From Synechococcus sp. (lineage in GTDB: Bacteria > Cyanobacteriota > Cyanobacteriia > PCC-6307 > Cyanobiaceae), in NCBI GenBank assembly GCA_047284725.1, contig JBJBEO010000001.1:1176203-1240202 (forward strand): a stretch of 64,000 nt of DNA. Direction: 5' to 3'. A model generated the notes under the pieces. The model ran no database searches. It worked only from the letters and a program-made list of their open reading frames with translations, and was not told the origin of the DNA. Below, piece after piece: positions 29,435-40,800 of the stretch. The first letter of the stretch is position 1. Each line of letters opens with the position of its first letter. The position numbers and the translations under genes were made by a program.

Positions 29435-30313
29435 TCAGGACGATCCGTCATCCGTGGTTGCACGGAATGGGTCCACAACTTCAGCAAGCAGGCGTTCGGG
29501 GCCGTTGGTTAAAAGCCAGTTCCGATCCCCCTTTTCTGTGGCAAGCAGGTACCCCGCAAAACCAAGAGCGTTGACGCTGAAGCCATGGACACCATCGCTG
29601 CAACGTCTCACCATCGCCATCCAATGGTCCGTGAGGAGCACGTTGTAAGGGGCTTGAGGTGCGTTCTCTCGTCCTGGCACTCCGAGTTGAAGCTCCATGG
29701 CAAGACTGCTGTACAGCTCGGCGAGGTGTTCAGCCTGATCGCGGTGCTCAGGATTTCGGGGCCGAACGGCTGTTGCTGCCTCCACGGGTGGTACCGGCAC
29801 CGTGTTGTCACGGGGATCGTTGAGAAGGTTGCAAAACCATTGCTCACGCGGGCAGCGCGCTTCGTCAGTCTGCCGGGGCAGCAATTGCAGATGCCGGTGG
29901 GGTTGGCTGGCACCGGCCAGGGGTCCACTGTTGAAGAACCACAACCCCGTGGTGACTGCATCCACTTTGCTCACCGCGATCCAATCGCTGCTTTCGAGCC
30001 AATCCCTCTGCGAGGCCCAGTCTTTTGTGATCAACAGCATGTGCCCGAGCTGCACCGGGTACTTGTTCAGGATCAGGGCATGGTGAGCTCCGATCAGGGA
30101 CACCTCAAGTCGTCGGTCCCAGGGACAAAATGGATTCGGTTGAGGGCCGGCTTGGCGGAAATGCTTCGGCAAGGCTGAGGTGAGCTCCCTGAGTTCGAAC
30201 TGGTCGTTGCCATCCAGGGGGATCTTGCAGGTGCTCAGCGGGATCAGAGCTCCCTCCTCCAGGGCTGACTCGCTGCGACGCAACGCCAGCTGCTCGTAGC
30301 TCTCAATCCCCAT
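29435..30313 (-). CDS. ATP adenylyltransferase (Ap4A phosphorylase II-like, HIT-related)
   Basis: NPFCPWD, LNKYPV..GHMLLIT, FFNSGPLAGASQPHRHLQL, YNVLLT, VNALGFAGYLL. Confidence 0.9.
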   Translation of the reverse strand: MGIESYEQLALRRSESALEEGALIPLSTCKIPLDGNDQFELRELTSALPKHFRQAGPQPNPFCPWDRRLEVSLIGAHHALILNKYPVQLGHMLLITKDWASQRDWLESSDWIAVSKVDAVTTGLWFFNSGPLAGASQPHRHLQLLPRQTDEARCPREQWFCNLLNDPRDNTVPVPPVEAATAVRPRNPEHRDQAEHLAELYSSLAMELQLGVPGRENAPQAPYNVLLTDHWMAMVRRCSDGVHGFSVNALGFAGYLLATEKGDRNWLLTNGPERLLAEVVDPFRATTDDGSS

Positions 30314-31241
30314 CGAGTCTGATGCGCGCCAATGATGCTCCTTTGTAATACCGATCGAGGATCTGGGCGTAATCCTTTCCCTGTTCTGCCAGTGATTGTG
30401 CTCCCGTCTGACTCATACTTGCCCCGAGATGGCCATGGGCTTGTGCGCTGATTTGGGCTGATGCGGCATAAAGGCTCTCCACAAGTCCACCGCGGAACTG
30501 CAGGACTTGCCCCTCTGTGGCTTGCGTCGCACGGCGTGTGGAAGCAGAGGTGCTTCGCACACCGTCGTAGACCTGCCATCGCGTGCTGTCGCCGAGGTGA
30601 TACAGGCCTGAAGCAGGCCTCATCACATGCACGAGTGCATAGGACCTGGCTGCAACGGCCTGGGCTTTGAGGGCTTCCGGGTTCCAGCTGCTCGGCATTT
30701 CGGCACCCACAACGGATGCCACGTAGGTTTCGATCGGCAGTTGGTTGACGGCCAGCCATTGGCCGGAGTGTCGAACCAATTCGATGCTTCCCTGGTAAGC
30801 CGCATTGTTCACTGCGATGGTTGCTGCTCCATTGGTCTGACAGATCAGACCGCGTCGGTTGTCTTGTGCCAGATCAATGGTTCTGATCGGTTCACCTGTG
30901 GCCGATCGGCACCTGGCGCCCGGTCCCGGCTGCAGACGTCGAACCGGAAAATGCTTGAAGAGCGCGATGCGCACACTTGCTTGTTGGTCTGGCTGGATTG
31001 GTTGCCGTGGCGACTGCCTGTTCTGCTTGAGAGGGGAATCATCAAGCTGTTCACCCTTGTCATGCTCCTTGGCTCGGATCTCCTCGTTCTCAAGCAGCGC
31101 TTCGAGCAAGGCATCGCTACTGATTGACCCAGTCGGGTTGGCGGTGGACAAGGCGCTTGGCATGACGCGCCAGAGAGCCACAGCCGCCAGCATCGCAAGG
31201 ATCGGTGTCATCCTGGCCAGGGTGGGGATCCTCATGGCCAC
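30303..31241 (-). CDS. SpoIID/LytB domain protein (lytic transglycosylase family)
   Basis: VNQLPIETYVASVVGAEMP, EALKAQAVAARSYA, QVY.G, GH..SMSQ.GA, IL..YY. Confidence 0.9.
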   Translation of the reverse strand: MAMRIPTLARMTPILAMLAAVALWRVMPSALSTANPTGSISSDALLEALLENEEIRAKEHDKGEQLDDSPLKQNRQSPRQPIQPDQQASVRIALFKHFPVRRLQPGPGARCRSATGEPIRTIDLAQDNRRGLICQTNGAATIAVNNAAYQGSIELVRHSGQWLAVNQLPIETYVASVVGAEMPSSWNPEALKAQAVAARSYALVHVMRPASGLYHLGDSTRWQVYDGVRSTSASTRRATQATEGQVLQFRGGLVESLYAASAQISAQAHGHLGASMSQTGAQSLAEQGKDYAQILDRYYKGASLARIRLDGD

Positions 31242-31319
31242 GGGGGCTCAGAACACGGTCATCATGCTGACGCCCAAGACCGTTTGCTGCATACGGTTGA
31301 TCAGCAACACGCATGAGTG

Positions 31320-32054
31320 ATGAGCCGTTGTTCGTGGCAGGGGCTGGCCCTGGTGGTTGGTGCTGGTGGGATCGGTCGGGCCTTGGCGGCTTGTCTTGCT
31401 GAGCGGTGTCCCTCGCTTGAGGTGGTGCTTTGCGGACGCTCGCTGGAGCCTTCCATCGGATGGCAGGTTGATCTTGAGTCGTCAGCCAGTCTCGACGCCC
31501 TTCAGGCTCGTCTGAGGTCCGATCACAGGCCTCTGCGGCTGGTGATCAATGCCAGCGGGCTTCTGCATCGAAACGCTGATCACGGTTGCCCCCTGATGCC
31601 GGAAAAGCGTCTCCAGCAAGTCACTGTTGATGCCTTGCAAGCCAGCCTGTCGGTCAACGCCATCGCCCCACTTGTTTTGGCACAGTGCGTTGAACCTCTG
31701 CTTGATCGTTCGCGTCCTTTTCACTTCGCCAGCCTGAGTGCCCGTGTCGGCAGCATCGGCGATAACCGCTCAGGTGGTTGGTATGCCTACCGCGGCGCCA
31801 AAGCGGCGCAGAACATGTACCTCAAATGCCTGAGCCTTGAGTGGGCCAGGCGCTTTCCCCAGAGCACTGTGCTGATGCTGCATCCGGGGACGACGGACAC
31901 GCCCTTGTCAAAGCCATTTCAGGGGTTTGTCAGAGCCGAATCGTTATTCAGCCCGGAGCATGCAGCCCAGCACCTTGTCGATGTGCTGACCAGGCAGGGC
32001 CCTGATCAGACGGGTTCGTTCCTGGCCTGGGACGGTCAACCGATCCCTTGGTGA
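31320..32054 (+). CDS. Short-chain dehydrogenase/reductase (CsgA/C-factor-like)
   Basis: VGAGGIG, PEKRL, SARVGSIGDNRSGGWYAYRGAKAA, HPGTTDT. Confidence 0.9.
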   Translation: MSRCSWQGLALVVGAGGIGRALAACLAERCPSLEVVLCGRSLEPSIGWQVDLESSASLDALQARLRSDHRPLRLVINASGLLHRNADHGCPLMPEKRLQQVTVDALQASLSVNAIAPLVLAQCVEPLLDRSRPFHFASLSARVGSIGDNRSGGWYAYRGAKAAQNMYLKCLSLEWARRFPQSTVLMLHPGTTDTPLSKPFQGFVRAESLFSPEHAAQHLVDVLTRQGPDQTGSFLAWDGQPIPW

Positions 32055-32425
32055 GCCCGTTGCTTCAACACCTCAAGAGGAATGATCTCGAGGGTGCTGG
32101 CCTCTGTGGACTCGAGCCTGACGGGGGGAGCCATCCCATCGTCATGGGCCTGCTTCCAACGCGGTGCACAAACGCACCAGTGATCACCGGGCTTCAGACC
32201 AGGGAAGCCAAAGGTTGGCACCGGGGTGGAGAGATCGTTGCCCTGGGCCTTGCTGTAGGTGAGAAAGCCTTCGGTCATGACGCAGCAGATGCTGTGTTGG
32301 CCCAGGTCTGTCGGGTCTGTTCGACAACTTCCGTCTCGGTACCAACCGGTCATTGGTTCGCAGCTGCACGATTCAAGCGGTTGGCCAAGAACGTTGAGAA
32401 CGCCTGTGCGAGAGGGGTTGTCCAC
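32036..32425 (-). CDS. DUF2237 family protein
   Basis: NVLGQPLESCS.EPMTGWYRDGSC, GNDLSTP, GLKPGDHWCVCA.RW. Confidence 0.9.
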   Translation of the reverse strand: MDNPSRTGVLNVLGQPLESCSCEPMTGWYRDGSCRTDPTDLGQHSICCVMTEGFLTYSKAQGNDLSTPVPTFGFPGLKPGDHWCVCAPRWKQAHDDGMAPPVRLESTEASTLEIIPLEVLKQRAHQGIG

Positions 32426-32542
32426 GCTTCAACCAAAGGAATCAATGGATGGATTCTGCCTGATTAATGGCACATTGCGCGACAAGGTGGTTGACGGATC
32501 CGGGGGGCGAGGCGTTAAAGGTCGATCAGTCATGCCCCCCCG

Positions 32543-32773
32543 ATGGATTGGGAGTTCACTGAAGACGCCGCGTTCCTTGCGCTGTGCGATGCCTTCCGCG
32601 AAAGCGGTGAATCGTCTGCGATTGAGTTTCTCGCCAACGGCGAGGGGGCCTTTCATTTCCAGGATCTGGCCCAGAATGCCGCTGGAGAAGGGATCGATCT
32701 CAGTGAGTCGAGTGCCCTTGAGGAATTCCAGCAAGACGTGATTGAAACCATGGAAAAGCTCTGCGCGAACTGA
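32543..32773 (+). CDS. Small acidic hypothetical protein
   Basis: 76-aa ORF MDWEFTEDAAFLALCDAF... with typical codon usage; TTGACG -35-like box at 32491. Confidence 0.75.
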   Translation: MDWEFTEDAAFLALCDAFRESGESSAIEFLANGEGAFHFQDLAQNAAGEGIDLSESSALEEFQQDVIETMEKLCAN

Positions 32774-32834
32774 GCTGATCTCCTCGCTTGCGTTTCAGAA
32801 TGGTCCCAGTGGTGGTGCACTAGGACCGTTCCGA

Positions 32835-33107
32835 TCATCGGTAGAAAAAGTTGATCTCCTTGTCTTTCAGACCTTCCCAGCCTGCATCCATCAAGCGCTG
32901 GTTCAGCGTGGATTGATCGAAATGCTTGGCGCCTGTGCGCACAATCCGGTTCCGCATCGATTTGCGAACCCCACTGCGCTTGCGCTGCCCTTCTTTGTCC
33001 ATCACCTCGCTGTAGAGGCTGAGCATGGCTTCAGGCAATGGGGATCCATCAAGGTCCATGCCTGCAGCGATGGCCTTGTCGATGGCATCGGGTCCGCTGA
33101 GATCCAT
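32835..33107 (-). CDS. DUF4090 family protein
   Basis: GPDAID.AIAAG.DLDGS, RSGVRKSMRNRIVRTGAKH, LKDKEI.FFY. Confidence 0.82.
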   Translation of the reverse strand: MDLSGPDAIDKAIAAGMDLDGSPLPEAMLSLYSEVMDKEGQRKRSGVRKSMRNRIVRTGAKHFDQSTLNQRLMDAGWEGLKDKEINFFYR

Positions 33108-33176
33108 GGCTGGTCACGTTTCTGCGTTCAGTCTGAAGCAGCAACCAACAGCCGCCTGTGAGGAATCACCTGCCGA

Positions 33177-36100
33177 TCAAGCGCTGAAATAGCGGGCCTT
33201 GCTGTGCAAGGCCACCAGGGCTGTCGTGCTCTGTTCAGGATGCAGTTGATCCGATTCATCCATGCTCAGTCCGATCCGTTCCGCATCGAGCCACTCCAGT
33301 TGCTGGCGGGAATCACCAACATTCGGGCAGGCGGGGTAGCCAAAGGAATAGCGACTGCCGCGATACCTCTGGGCCAGAACATCACGCAGCGCCATGGCCT
33401 CATCGTCTGCGAACCCGCATTCGCGACGGATGCGCGCATGGGTCCACTCAGCCAGGGCTTCAGCCATCTGCACCGCCAAGCCATGGAAGAAGAGGTAGTC
33501 GCTGTAGGCGTCTGCCGCAAACAACGACTGGCTGAAGCGGCTGGCCTCCTCCCCCATCGTGACCGCTTGCATGGGCAACACATCGGTTGGTCTCTCCTCG
33601 CTTAGATCGTTGAAGAAATCAGCAATGCAGTAGCGATTGCCGCTGCGTTGTCTGGGTAAGGCGAAGCGTCCAAGTTCCTGATTGGTCTCAGGACCGAAAA
33701 CCACAATGGAATTCCCCTCACGGCCGCAAGGGAAATAGCCATAAGCAACAGCTGGTTGGAGGAGGCCTTCGCTCCGGATGCGTTTCAACCACGCCTGAAG
33801 GACAGGCTCTGCTTTGGCTTCGAGTTCTGCCTCATAGTCTTGCCGCGACTGATCCTTTGCCTTCCGCATTTGCCACTGCCCGGCAAACAAGGCCTGTCGA
33901 TCGAGATAGCTCACGATTTCTTCAAACGGAATGGATTCAGCCGTGAGCAGCTTCGATCCGAGGAAGGGGGGCTTGACGGCCGCTTCGGCATTGACCACCT
34001 CAGATCGCTCTGTGGTTGCGGCGGAGTCATGACTGCCGTCGTTGCTGTCAGGGCTCTGTTCGTTGGACGATGTCTGGGAAGAAGCGTCGTGGTCTGTTTG
34101 TCCCTCTCCTCCGAGGCTTAATCCTTCCGGAGTTCCATTCGCAAAACCTTGGTGATCGCTCCAGCTGCCGTCAGCTTTTGCTTTCACGTACGCATCCATA
34201 AATCGTAAATCGGTAAAGGCGTCTCGTCCGTAAATGACCTTGCCCTGATACACCTCACTACAATCTTTATTGACGAAGCGAGGAGTCAGGGCCGCCCCTC
34301 CAAGCACCACGGGCACAGAGATTCCAGCTTCATTGAAGGCATGAAGATTGTCTTTCATGAAGGCCGTCGACTTCACCAGAAGACCGCTCATGGCTATGCA
34401 GTCTGCCTCATGTTTTTTCTGGGCTTCAATAATGGCATTGACATCCTGCTTGATGCCAAGATTGATCACTTCGTATCCGTTATTCGTCAAAATAATATCA
34501 ACAAGATTTTTGCCAATGTCATGAACATCCCCCTTCACTGTGGCTATCAGGAACTTGGCCTTGGCCGAACGCTCCCCTTCGCTCTTTTCCATGTGTGGCT
34601 CAAGAAATGCCACGGCCGCCTTCATTGTTTCTGCGGATTGCAGAACAAAAGGAAGTTGCATCTGGCCGGAGCCAAATAGCTCACCAACCACTTTCATGCC
34701 ATTAAGCAAGAATGTATTGACGATTTCAAGCGGCTGGTAAGCCTCCAGGCCTTGATTCAATGCGTCTTCAAGGCCAATGCGTTCTCCATCAATGATGTGT
34801 TGCTTGAGGCGCTCTTCCACAGGAAGATCAACAAGTGATGGTCCTGATGCCCGGGCATCCTTGGCACTGACACCCTCGAACAGGCCAGTCAGTTCAGTGA
34901 GGGGGTCGTAAACACAAACGTCACCTTCAAAGCGGCGGCGATCCTCAATCAAATCCCTGCAGACCTGCTGGTGCTCTTCGCTGATCTTGACGAGCGGAAG
35001 GATCTTGGCAGGAGATACGATTGCAGCGTCCATGCCGACTTCACAACAGTCGTGCAGGAACACGGAATTCAGGGTGATGCGTGCAGCAGGAGAGAGGCCG
35101 AAACTGACATTGGACACGCCGAGCACAACATGGACGCCAGGGAGGTCTTCACGGATCCGACGAATGGCCTCAATGGTCTCAATGCCGTTGCGACGATCCT
35201 CCTCAATCCCCGTTGAAATCGGCAGAGCCAGGGGGTCGTAGAAAATTTCCCTTGCTGGTATTCCGTACTCAACGGCAGCGCGATAGGCTCTTTTGGCGAT
35301 TTGCAGTTTTTTCTCTGCAGTTCGTGCCATGCCTTCTTCATCGATGGTGCCAACCACCACACCGGCTCCGTAGCGTTTAGCCAGTTCAAGCACCTTGAAG
35401 AATCGCTCGTCGCCGTCTTCAAAGTTTGTGGAATTGAGAATGCATTTTCCACCAGCCACCTTGAGGCCCGCCTCCATTTTCTGCCATTCGGTGGAATCGA
35501 GCATCAGTGGGAGGTTGATGTTGGTGACCACACGGGACACCAGCTCTTTCATGTCCCGTTCACCGTTGCGGCCGACGTAATCAACGTTGACGTCGAGAAC
35601 GTGGGCGTTCTCTTTCACCTGGCCACGCGCGACAGCCACCAGACCATCCCAGTCTTCGTCGTTGAGCAGGTCGCGTACCTTCTTCGATCCACTGGCGTTG
35701 AGACGTTCCCCGATGATCAGGAAGGAATTGTCCTGGTGGTAGCTGGTGGCTCCATAGATGGAGGCTGCAGAGGGTTCGTATCCAAGGGCTGCGCGTTCGA
35801 GGTGAGAGCGACGGTTCTGACGCGCTGCTGGCTTGAGCTCCTCGGAAAGCTCCGCCAGCGCTTGAATATGGGACGGTGTGGTTCCACAACAACCACCGAT
35901 CACCTGGACGCCAAGATCCTCCACGAAGTGCATCAACTGCATCTTCAGTTCGATCGGCTTCAGCCGGTAATGGGCGACGCCTCCAACGTTTTCTGGGAGT
36001 CCGGCGTTGGGAATGCAGCTCACCACAAAGGGAGAATGCTCTGACAGATAGCGGATGTGTTCTTTCATCTGCTCAGGCCCGGTGGCGCAGTTGAGGCCGA

Positions 36101-36818
36101 GGATGTCGATCGGGAACGGCTCAAGGATCGACACCACGGCTGCGATGTCGGAGCCGACCAGCATCGTTCCAGTCGTTTCCATCGTCACGGACACCATCAG
36201 AGGCCTGCTTTCGCCTCGTTTCTCAAAGGCATCCATCACTCCCTGCAGGGCTGCCTTGATCTGCAGCACGTCTTGGCAGGTCTCGATGATGAACAGATCA
36301 ACACCACCCACCAGCAGCCCCTCAGCCTGCTCCGTGTAGGCCTCTTTCAGCGTGTCAAAGGCAATGTGCCCCAGGGTTGGCAGCTTGGTGGTCGGTCCCA
36401 TGGATCCGGCCACAAACCGAGGCTTGATATCGGTGCTGTAGGCGTCAGCGACCTCTCGTGCCAGCTCGGCTGCTTTTTTGTTCAGCTCAAATGCCTTGTC
36501 TTCGAGACCGTATTCCGCCAGCACGATGGATGCTGCTCCGAAGGTATCCGTTTCGATCACATCGCAGCCCGCATCCAGGAACTGTCGATGCACGTTCTGC
36601 ACGGCGTCAGGCCGGGTGATCACCAGATTTTCATTGCAGCCCTCCAGATCGGCGCCGCCGAAATCGTCTGCACTGAGTTCAAGCTGCTGCAGTGAGGTTC
36701 CCGTCGCTCCGTCAAACACCAGAACGGGGCGTTGGGGTGAATGAAGATGGGTGAGGAAACGGGATGTCGCTGCACTGACCGTTCCGGCTGTCATCGGAGA
36801 CCCACTTGATCGAGCCAT
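33177..36818 (-). CDS. metH: Cobalamin-dependent methionine synthase
   Basis: [33 protein letters not shown]12-binding motif, [10 protein letters not shown]. Confidence 0.97.
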   Translation of the reverse strand: MARSSGSPMTAGTVSAATSRFLTHLHSPQRPVLVFDGATGTSLQQLELSADDFGGADLEGCNENLVITRPDAVQNVHRQFLDAGCDVIETDTFGAASIVLAEYGLEDKAFELNKKAAELAREVADAYSTDIKPRFVAGSMGPTTKLPTLGHIAFDTLKEAYTEQAEGLLVGGVDLFIIETCQDVLQIKAALQGVMDAFEKRGESRPLMVSVTMETTGTMLVGSDIAAVVSILEPFPIDILGLNCATGPEQMKEHIRYLSEHSPFVVSCIPNAGLPENVGGVAHYRLKPIELKMQLMHFVEDLGVQVIGGCCGTTPSHIQALAELSEELKPAARQNRRSHLERAALGYEPSAASIYGATSYHQDNSFLIIGERLNASGSKKVRDLLNDEDWDGLVAVARGQVKENAHVLDVNVDYVGRNGERDMKELVSRVVTNINLPLMLDSTEWQKMEAGLKVAGGKCILNSTNFEDGDERFFKVLELAKRYGAGVVVGTIDEEGMARTAEKKLQIAKRAYRAAVEYGIPAREIFYDPLALPISTGIEEDRRNGIETIEAIRRIREDLPGVHVVLGVSNVSFGLSPAARITLNSVFLHDCCEVGMDAAIVSPAKILPLVKISEEHQQVCRDLIEDRRRFEGDVCVYDPLTELTGLFEGVSAKDARASGPSLVDLPVEERLKQHIIDGERIGLEDALNQGLEAYQPLEIVNTFLLNGMKVVGELFGSGQMQLPFVLQSAETMKAAVAFLEPHMEKSEGERSAKAKFLIATVKGDVHDIGKNLVDIILTNNGYEVINLGIKQDVNAIIEAQKKHEADCIAMSGLLVKSTAFMKDNLHAFNEAGISVPVVLGGAALTPRFVNKDCSEVYQGKVIYGRDAFTDLRFMDAYVKAKADGSWSDHQGFANGTPEGLSLGGEGQTDHDASSQTSSNEQSPDSNDGSHDSAATTERSEVVNAEAAVKPPFLGSKLLTAESIPFEEIVSYLDRQALFAGQWQMRKAKDQSRQDYEAELEAKAEPVLQAWLKRIRSEGLLQPAVAYGYFPCGREGNSIVVFGPETNQELGRFALPRQRSGNRYCIADFFNDLSEERPTDVLPMQAVTMGEEASRFSQSLFAADAYSDYLFFHGLAVQMAEALAEWTHARIRRECGFADDEAMALRDVLAQRYRGSRYSFGYPACPNVGDSRQQLEWLDAERIGLSMDESDQLHPEQSTTALVALHSKARYFSA

Positions 36819-36832
36819 CCTAGGCAGCAGGT

Positions 36833-37750
36833 TCAGTCGCCCAGATCCACACGGGTGACCCAGTGGGCGTAGTCGGGATCACGCCCTTCCGTGATGGCAA
36901 CAAGTTTGTTGCGCAGGGCGGTCATCACCGGTCGTTCTCCCGTCAGAGGGGTCGATTCCAACTGGCGTACAGGGGTGATTTTGGCCGCAGTGCCCGTGAG
37001 AAACACCTCATCGGCGATGAACAGCTCCGTCTTGTCCACGGGACGTTCGACCACGTCGATGCCCATGGCTTTCGCCAGTTCGATCACGCTGGCACGGGTA
37101 ATTCCCTCAAGGATGTCCTGATCCACCCCTGGTGTGATCAGCTGCCCATCGCGAACGATGAACAGATTCATGCCGCTGGCTTCACTCACCTTGCCTCGGC
37201 TGTTCAGCAGCAGCGCTTCATCGAAGCCGCTTGTCACTGCTTCTGTCTTGGCAAGCGAGCTGGTGATGTAAGCGCCACTGATCTTGCCTCTCAGGGGGAG
37301 CGAACGATCTTCCTGACGTGTCCAGCTGCTGATGCGACAGCTCACCCCCTCTGGAGACAGGTAATCACCGAGTTCGAGTCCATAGATCAGGAAATCGGTC
37401 TCGATGTTGTGCAGGCGGGGGGCAATGCCCAGGTCACTGGTGTAAACAAAGGGCCTCAGGTAAATCGGTGAAGACGGCTTGTTGGCCTTCAGCATCGCTG
37501 TGAGGGCGTCCATCACCTGGTCTTCGCTGAGATCAGCCAGGAGAAGCTTGGCGCTCTGGCTCAGGCGGCGCGCGTGGCGATCCGCCCGGAAGAGAAGCAT
37601 GCCGTTGGGTTGTCCCTTGTCTGGGATGGCGCGCATGCCACCGAAGGCTCCCGTGCCGTAATGCAGGGCATGGGTGGCTATCGAGACGCGTGCCCCCTCA
37701 AAAGGGACGCACCGGCCTTCAAACCAGGCGAAGGGTAGAAATTGATGCAT
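36833..37750 (-). CDS. ilvE: Branched-chain amino acid aminotransferase
   Basis: [43 protein letters not shown]. Confidence 0.93.
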   Translation of the reverse strand: MHQFLPFAWFEGRCVPFEGARVSIATHALHYGTGAFGGMRAIPDKGQPNGMLLFRADRHARRLSQSAKLLLADLSEDQVMDALTAMLKANKPSSPIYLRPFVYTSDLGIAPRLHNIETDFLIYGLELGDYLSPEGVSCRISSWTRQEDRSLPLRGKISGAYITSSLAKTEAVTSGFDEALLLNSRGKVSEASGMNLFIVRDGQLITPGVDQDILEGITRASVIELAKAMGIDVVERPVDKTELFIADEVFLTGTAAKITPVRQLESTPLTGERPVMTALRNKLVAITEGRDPDYAHWVTRVDLGD

Positions 37751-37816
37751 GGCTGAGACGGCCGATGGCCAAATCTTCTCACCCATGGTCTCGGTGTCGC
37801 CGCCGACAATGGACGG

Positions 37817-40800
37817 ATGCATCGACTCAGCAGTCTTCCCGGAGGTGATTTCGACGCCGCCATCACGGTGGTGGAGCAACCTCCTGCACCGGTGCTGATG
37901 CTCACCAGTGCCGCCACAGATCTCTCCACACTGGCCTGCTGGCTCTCGTTACCGGAAGGGGACCCCTGGCGTGGGCGCATTCGCGCCTTGCCTTTGTCGA
38001 GCCTGCAGCACGCAGCTCAGGTGGATCACTACCTCAGCGTGACGGCCGCTGAGGCGCAGTTAATCGTTGTGCGCCTGCTCGGAGGTCGAGGTCACTGGTC
38101 GTATGGCCTCGATCAGCTTCAGCAGTGGCAGCAGAGGTCTCCCCATCGTCAGCTGCTGGTGTTGGCAGGGACAGCCGATCAAGACACCCTGCTTCACCCC
38201 CTTGGGTCGGTGCCCACGGCGCTGAGTGATCGACTGGCCCTGTTGATGCGGGAGGGCGGCCTTGAGAACCTGACGGTTGTGATGGGCGCCCTGGAGCAGG
38301 TCCTTACCGGTCAGACCACAGACCCTGCGCAACTTGTCCCCCAGGCGATTCCAGACCCCAGCCCCTGGGATTGGCAGCAGGAGCCAGGTCCCCGCGTTGG
38401 TGTTGTTCTCTATCGGGCCCACTATCAGGCCGGGGATCTGGCAATGGCGCAGGCGTTGCAACGGTGCCTGCGAGAGCGCGGTCTGGTGCCCCGCGCCGTC
38501 TGGGTCAGCAGCCTTCGGGATGGAGCGGTTCAGGAGGGAGTGCTGGATCTGTTTCAGCAGCAACAGATCGAGGTGGTGATCACAGCCACGTCCTTTGCTT
38601 CCGTGCAGTTCGAGCAGGCAGGGTTCGGTGCTCCCCTCTGGGATCGCCTTGACAGGCCTGTGTTGCAGCTGTTGAACAGCAGCCAACCCCGAGCCATCTG
38701 GGAAGACTCCGCCCGAGGGCTGGCCCCCCTGGATCTGTCGTTGCAAGTTGTTCTGCCTGAACTCGACGGCCGAATCACCACCAGGATCGGAGCGTTCCGT
38801 GAAGTGGATCAGCTCCACCCGACGCTTGCAACGGCAGTCCCGCGGTCAGTGCCTGACTCTGTTGGTCTGGCCTGGATCGCTGAACACACGCAACGTTGGA
38901 TCGATCTGCGTCAGACCCCCATCGATCAGCGTCGGATAGTGGTGGTACTGGCCAATTATCCGGTTCGAAACGGACGCTTGGCCAATGGGGTTGGACTGGA
39001 TACGCCAGCCAGCCTGTTCAATCTCCTGGGGTGGATGAAGGATGCGGGGTACGCACTGGTCGACCAGCCGCTTCCCGGTTCGAGTGACGACCTGATGCTG
39101 CGGCTGCTTGCAGGTCGCACCAACGATCCTGAAAGTCACCACCTTCCCCCGCTCACGCATCTGTCGCTGACCGACTATCAGGCCTGGTGGTCGATCATCC
39201 CCGAAGCATCGAGACGGGAGATTGAACAGCGTTGGGGGCCTCCGCAGGATGCTGAAGACCTCGAACCTCAGGGTTTTGCCATTCATGGTCTGCAGATGGG
39301 GAATCTCTGCGTGTTGGTGCAGCCCAGCCGTGGCTATGACCCGGATCAACTCAGTGATCTCCATTCGCCCGATCTGCCGCCGCCCCACCGCTATCTGGCG
39401 CAGTACCTGTGGATGCGCAAGGTGCATCGCACCCAGGTGGTGGTGCATCTGGGCAAACATGGCAGTGCTGAATGGTTGCCCGGTAAATCGGTCGGCCTGA
39501 GCCAGGCCTGTGGACCGGCGCTCGCTCTCGGTCCTGTTCCCCATCTCTACCCTTTCATCGTCAACGATCCCGGTGAAGGTTCACAGGCCAAGCGCCGGGG
39601 CCATGCCGTCATCCTTGACCACCTCACACCACCTCTTGGTCGTGCGGGTGTCCACGGTGAGATGGAAAGTCTTGAGGCTCTCCTGGATGAGTACGTTGAG
39701 GCCAACCAGCTCAATGCGGATCGCACGACCGAACTCAACCAGCAATTGCTGGCTCTGCTGCAGAAGCTGAACTGGCCTGGGCTGCCGCCACAGCTGGTAT
39801 CTGCCACCAGCATCGAGCTCGAGGCCATCGACAGTGACGTCTGGACGCAATGTCTTGATCAGGTTGAGGCGTACCTCTGTGAACTGAAGGAAGCACAGAT
39901 CCGCACCGGCTTACATCGTCTCGGCGCTGCCCCACCCCTCGATGCACTGGTGGAGTTGTTGGTGGCCATCAGTCGTGCCCCTTCGGCCGACCTGCCTGGA
40001 CTGACCCAGCGCCTTGCAGGCCTGGTGGGTCTGGGCATCGACCCCTGGGGCGACGAGGAGGGACTGCCTCTGAGCGAGCAGGATCAGCAACGTCTGCTTG
40101 ATCTGAAGGCTTCCGGCCATCGAAGGGTTGCCGATGCTGTGGCCTGGCTTGAGGACCAGGCCTCCACGTTGATCCTCTGTCTTCTGAAACCGAACGGCTG
40201 CGCTCCGGCAGGCCCCCTGAACGCCACCTTTGCGACGTGGATGGCCGAAGCAGACGATCCGGTTCTGCTGCAGTTACGCGACAACCTCATCCCACGATTG
40301 ACCTCCTCTGCGGAGCAGGAACGCAAGGGCATGCTTCGCCTCTTCGAAGGTCGACGCCTGGCCAGTGGGCCATCAGGTGCACCAACCCGTGGCCGTCCTG
40401 ATGTGTTGCCCACGGGTCGCAATTTCTATTCCGTTGATCTGCGCGGACTGCCGACGGAAGCGGCCTGGGATCTGGGGCGCCGAAGTGCTGAACGGCTTCT
40501 GGATCTTTATCTGCTCGAGGAGGGAGAACCCCTTCGTCACATGGCCCTTTCCGTGTGGGGAACTGCCACCATGCGCAACGGTGGGGAAGACATTGCCCAG
40601 TTGCTTGCCCTTCTGGGTGTTCGGCCGGTTTGGGACGGTCCCACACGGCGCATGGTCGACCTCGAGCTGATTCCTCTCTCATTGCTCGGTCGCCCCAGGG
40701 TGGATGTGACCTTGCGAATGTCTGGTCTGTTCCGTGACGCCTTCCCCCAGCTGATCGTCTGGGTCAACAGAGCTCAGGCACTGGTGGCGGGTCTGGATGA

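Noticed and set aside
36819..37816. Cobalamin riboswitch near metH/cobN
   Set aside because: Intergenic spaces are only 14 and 66 bp, with no B12-box seen.
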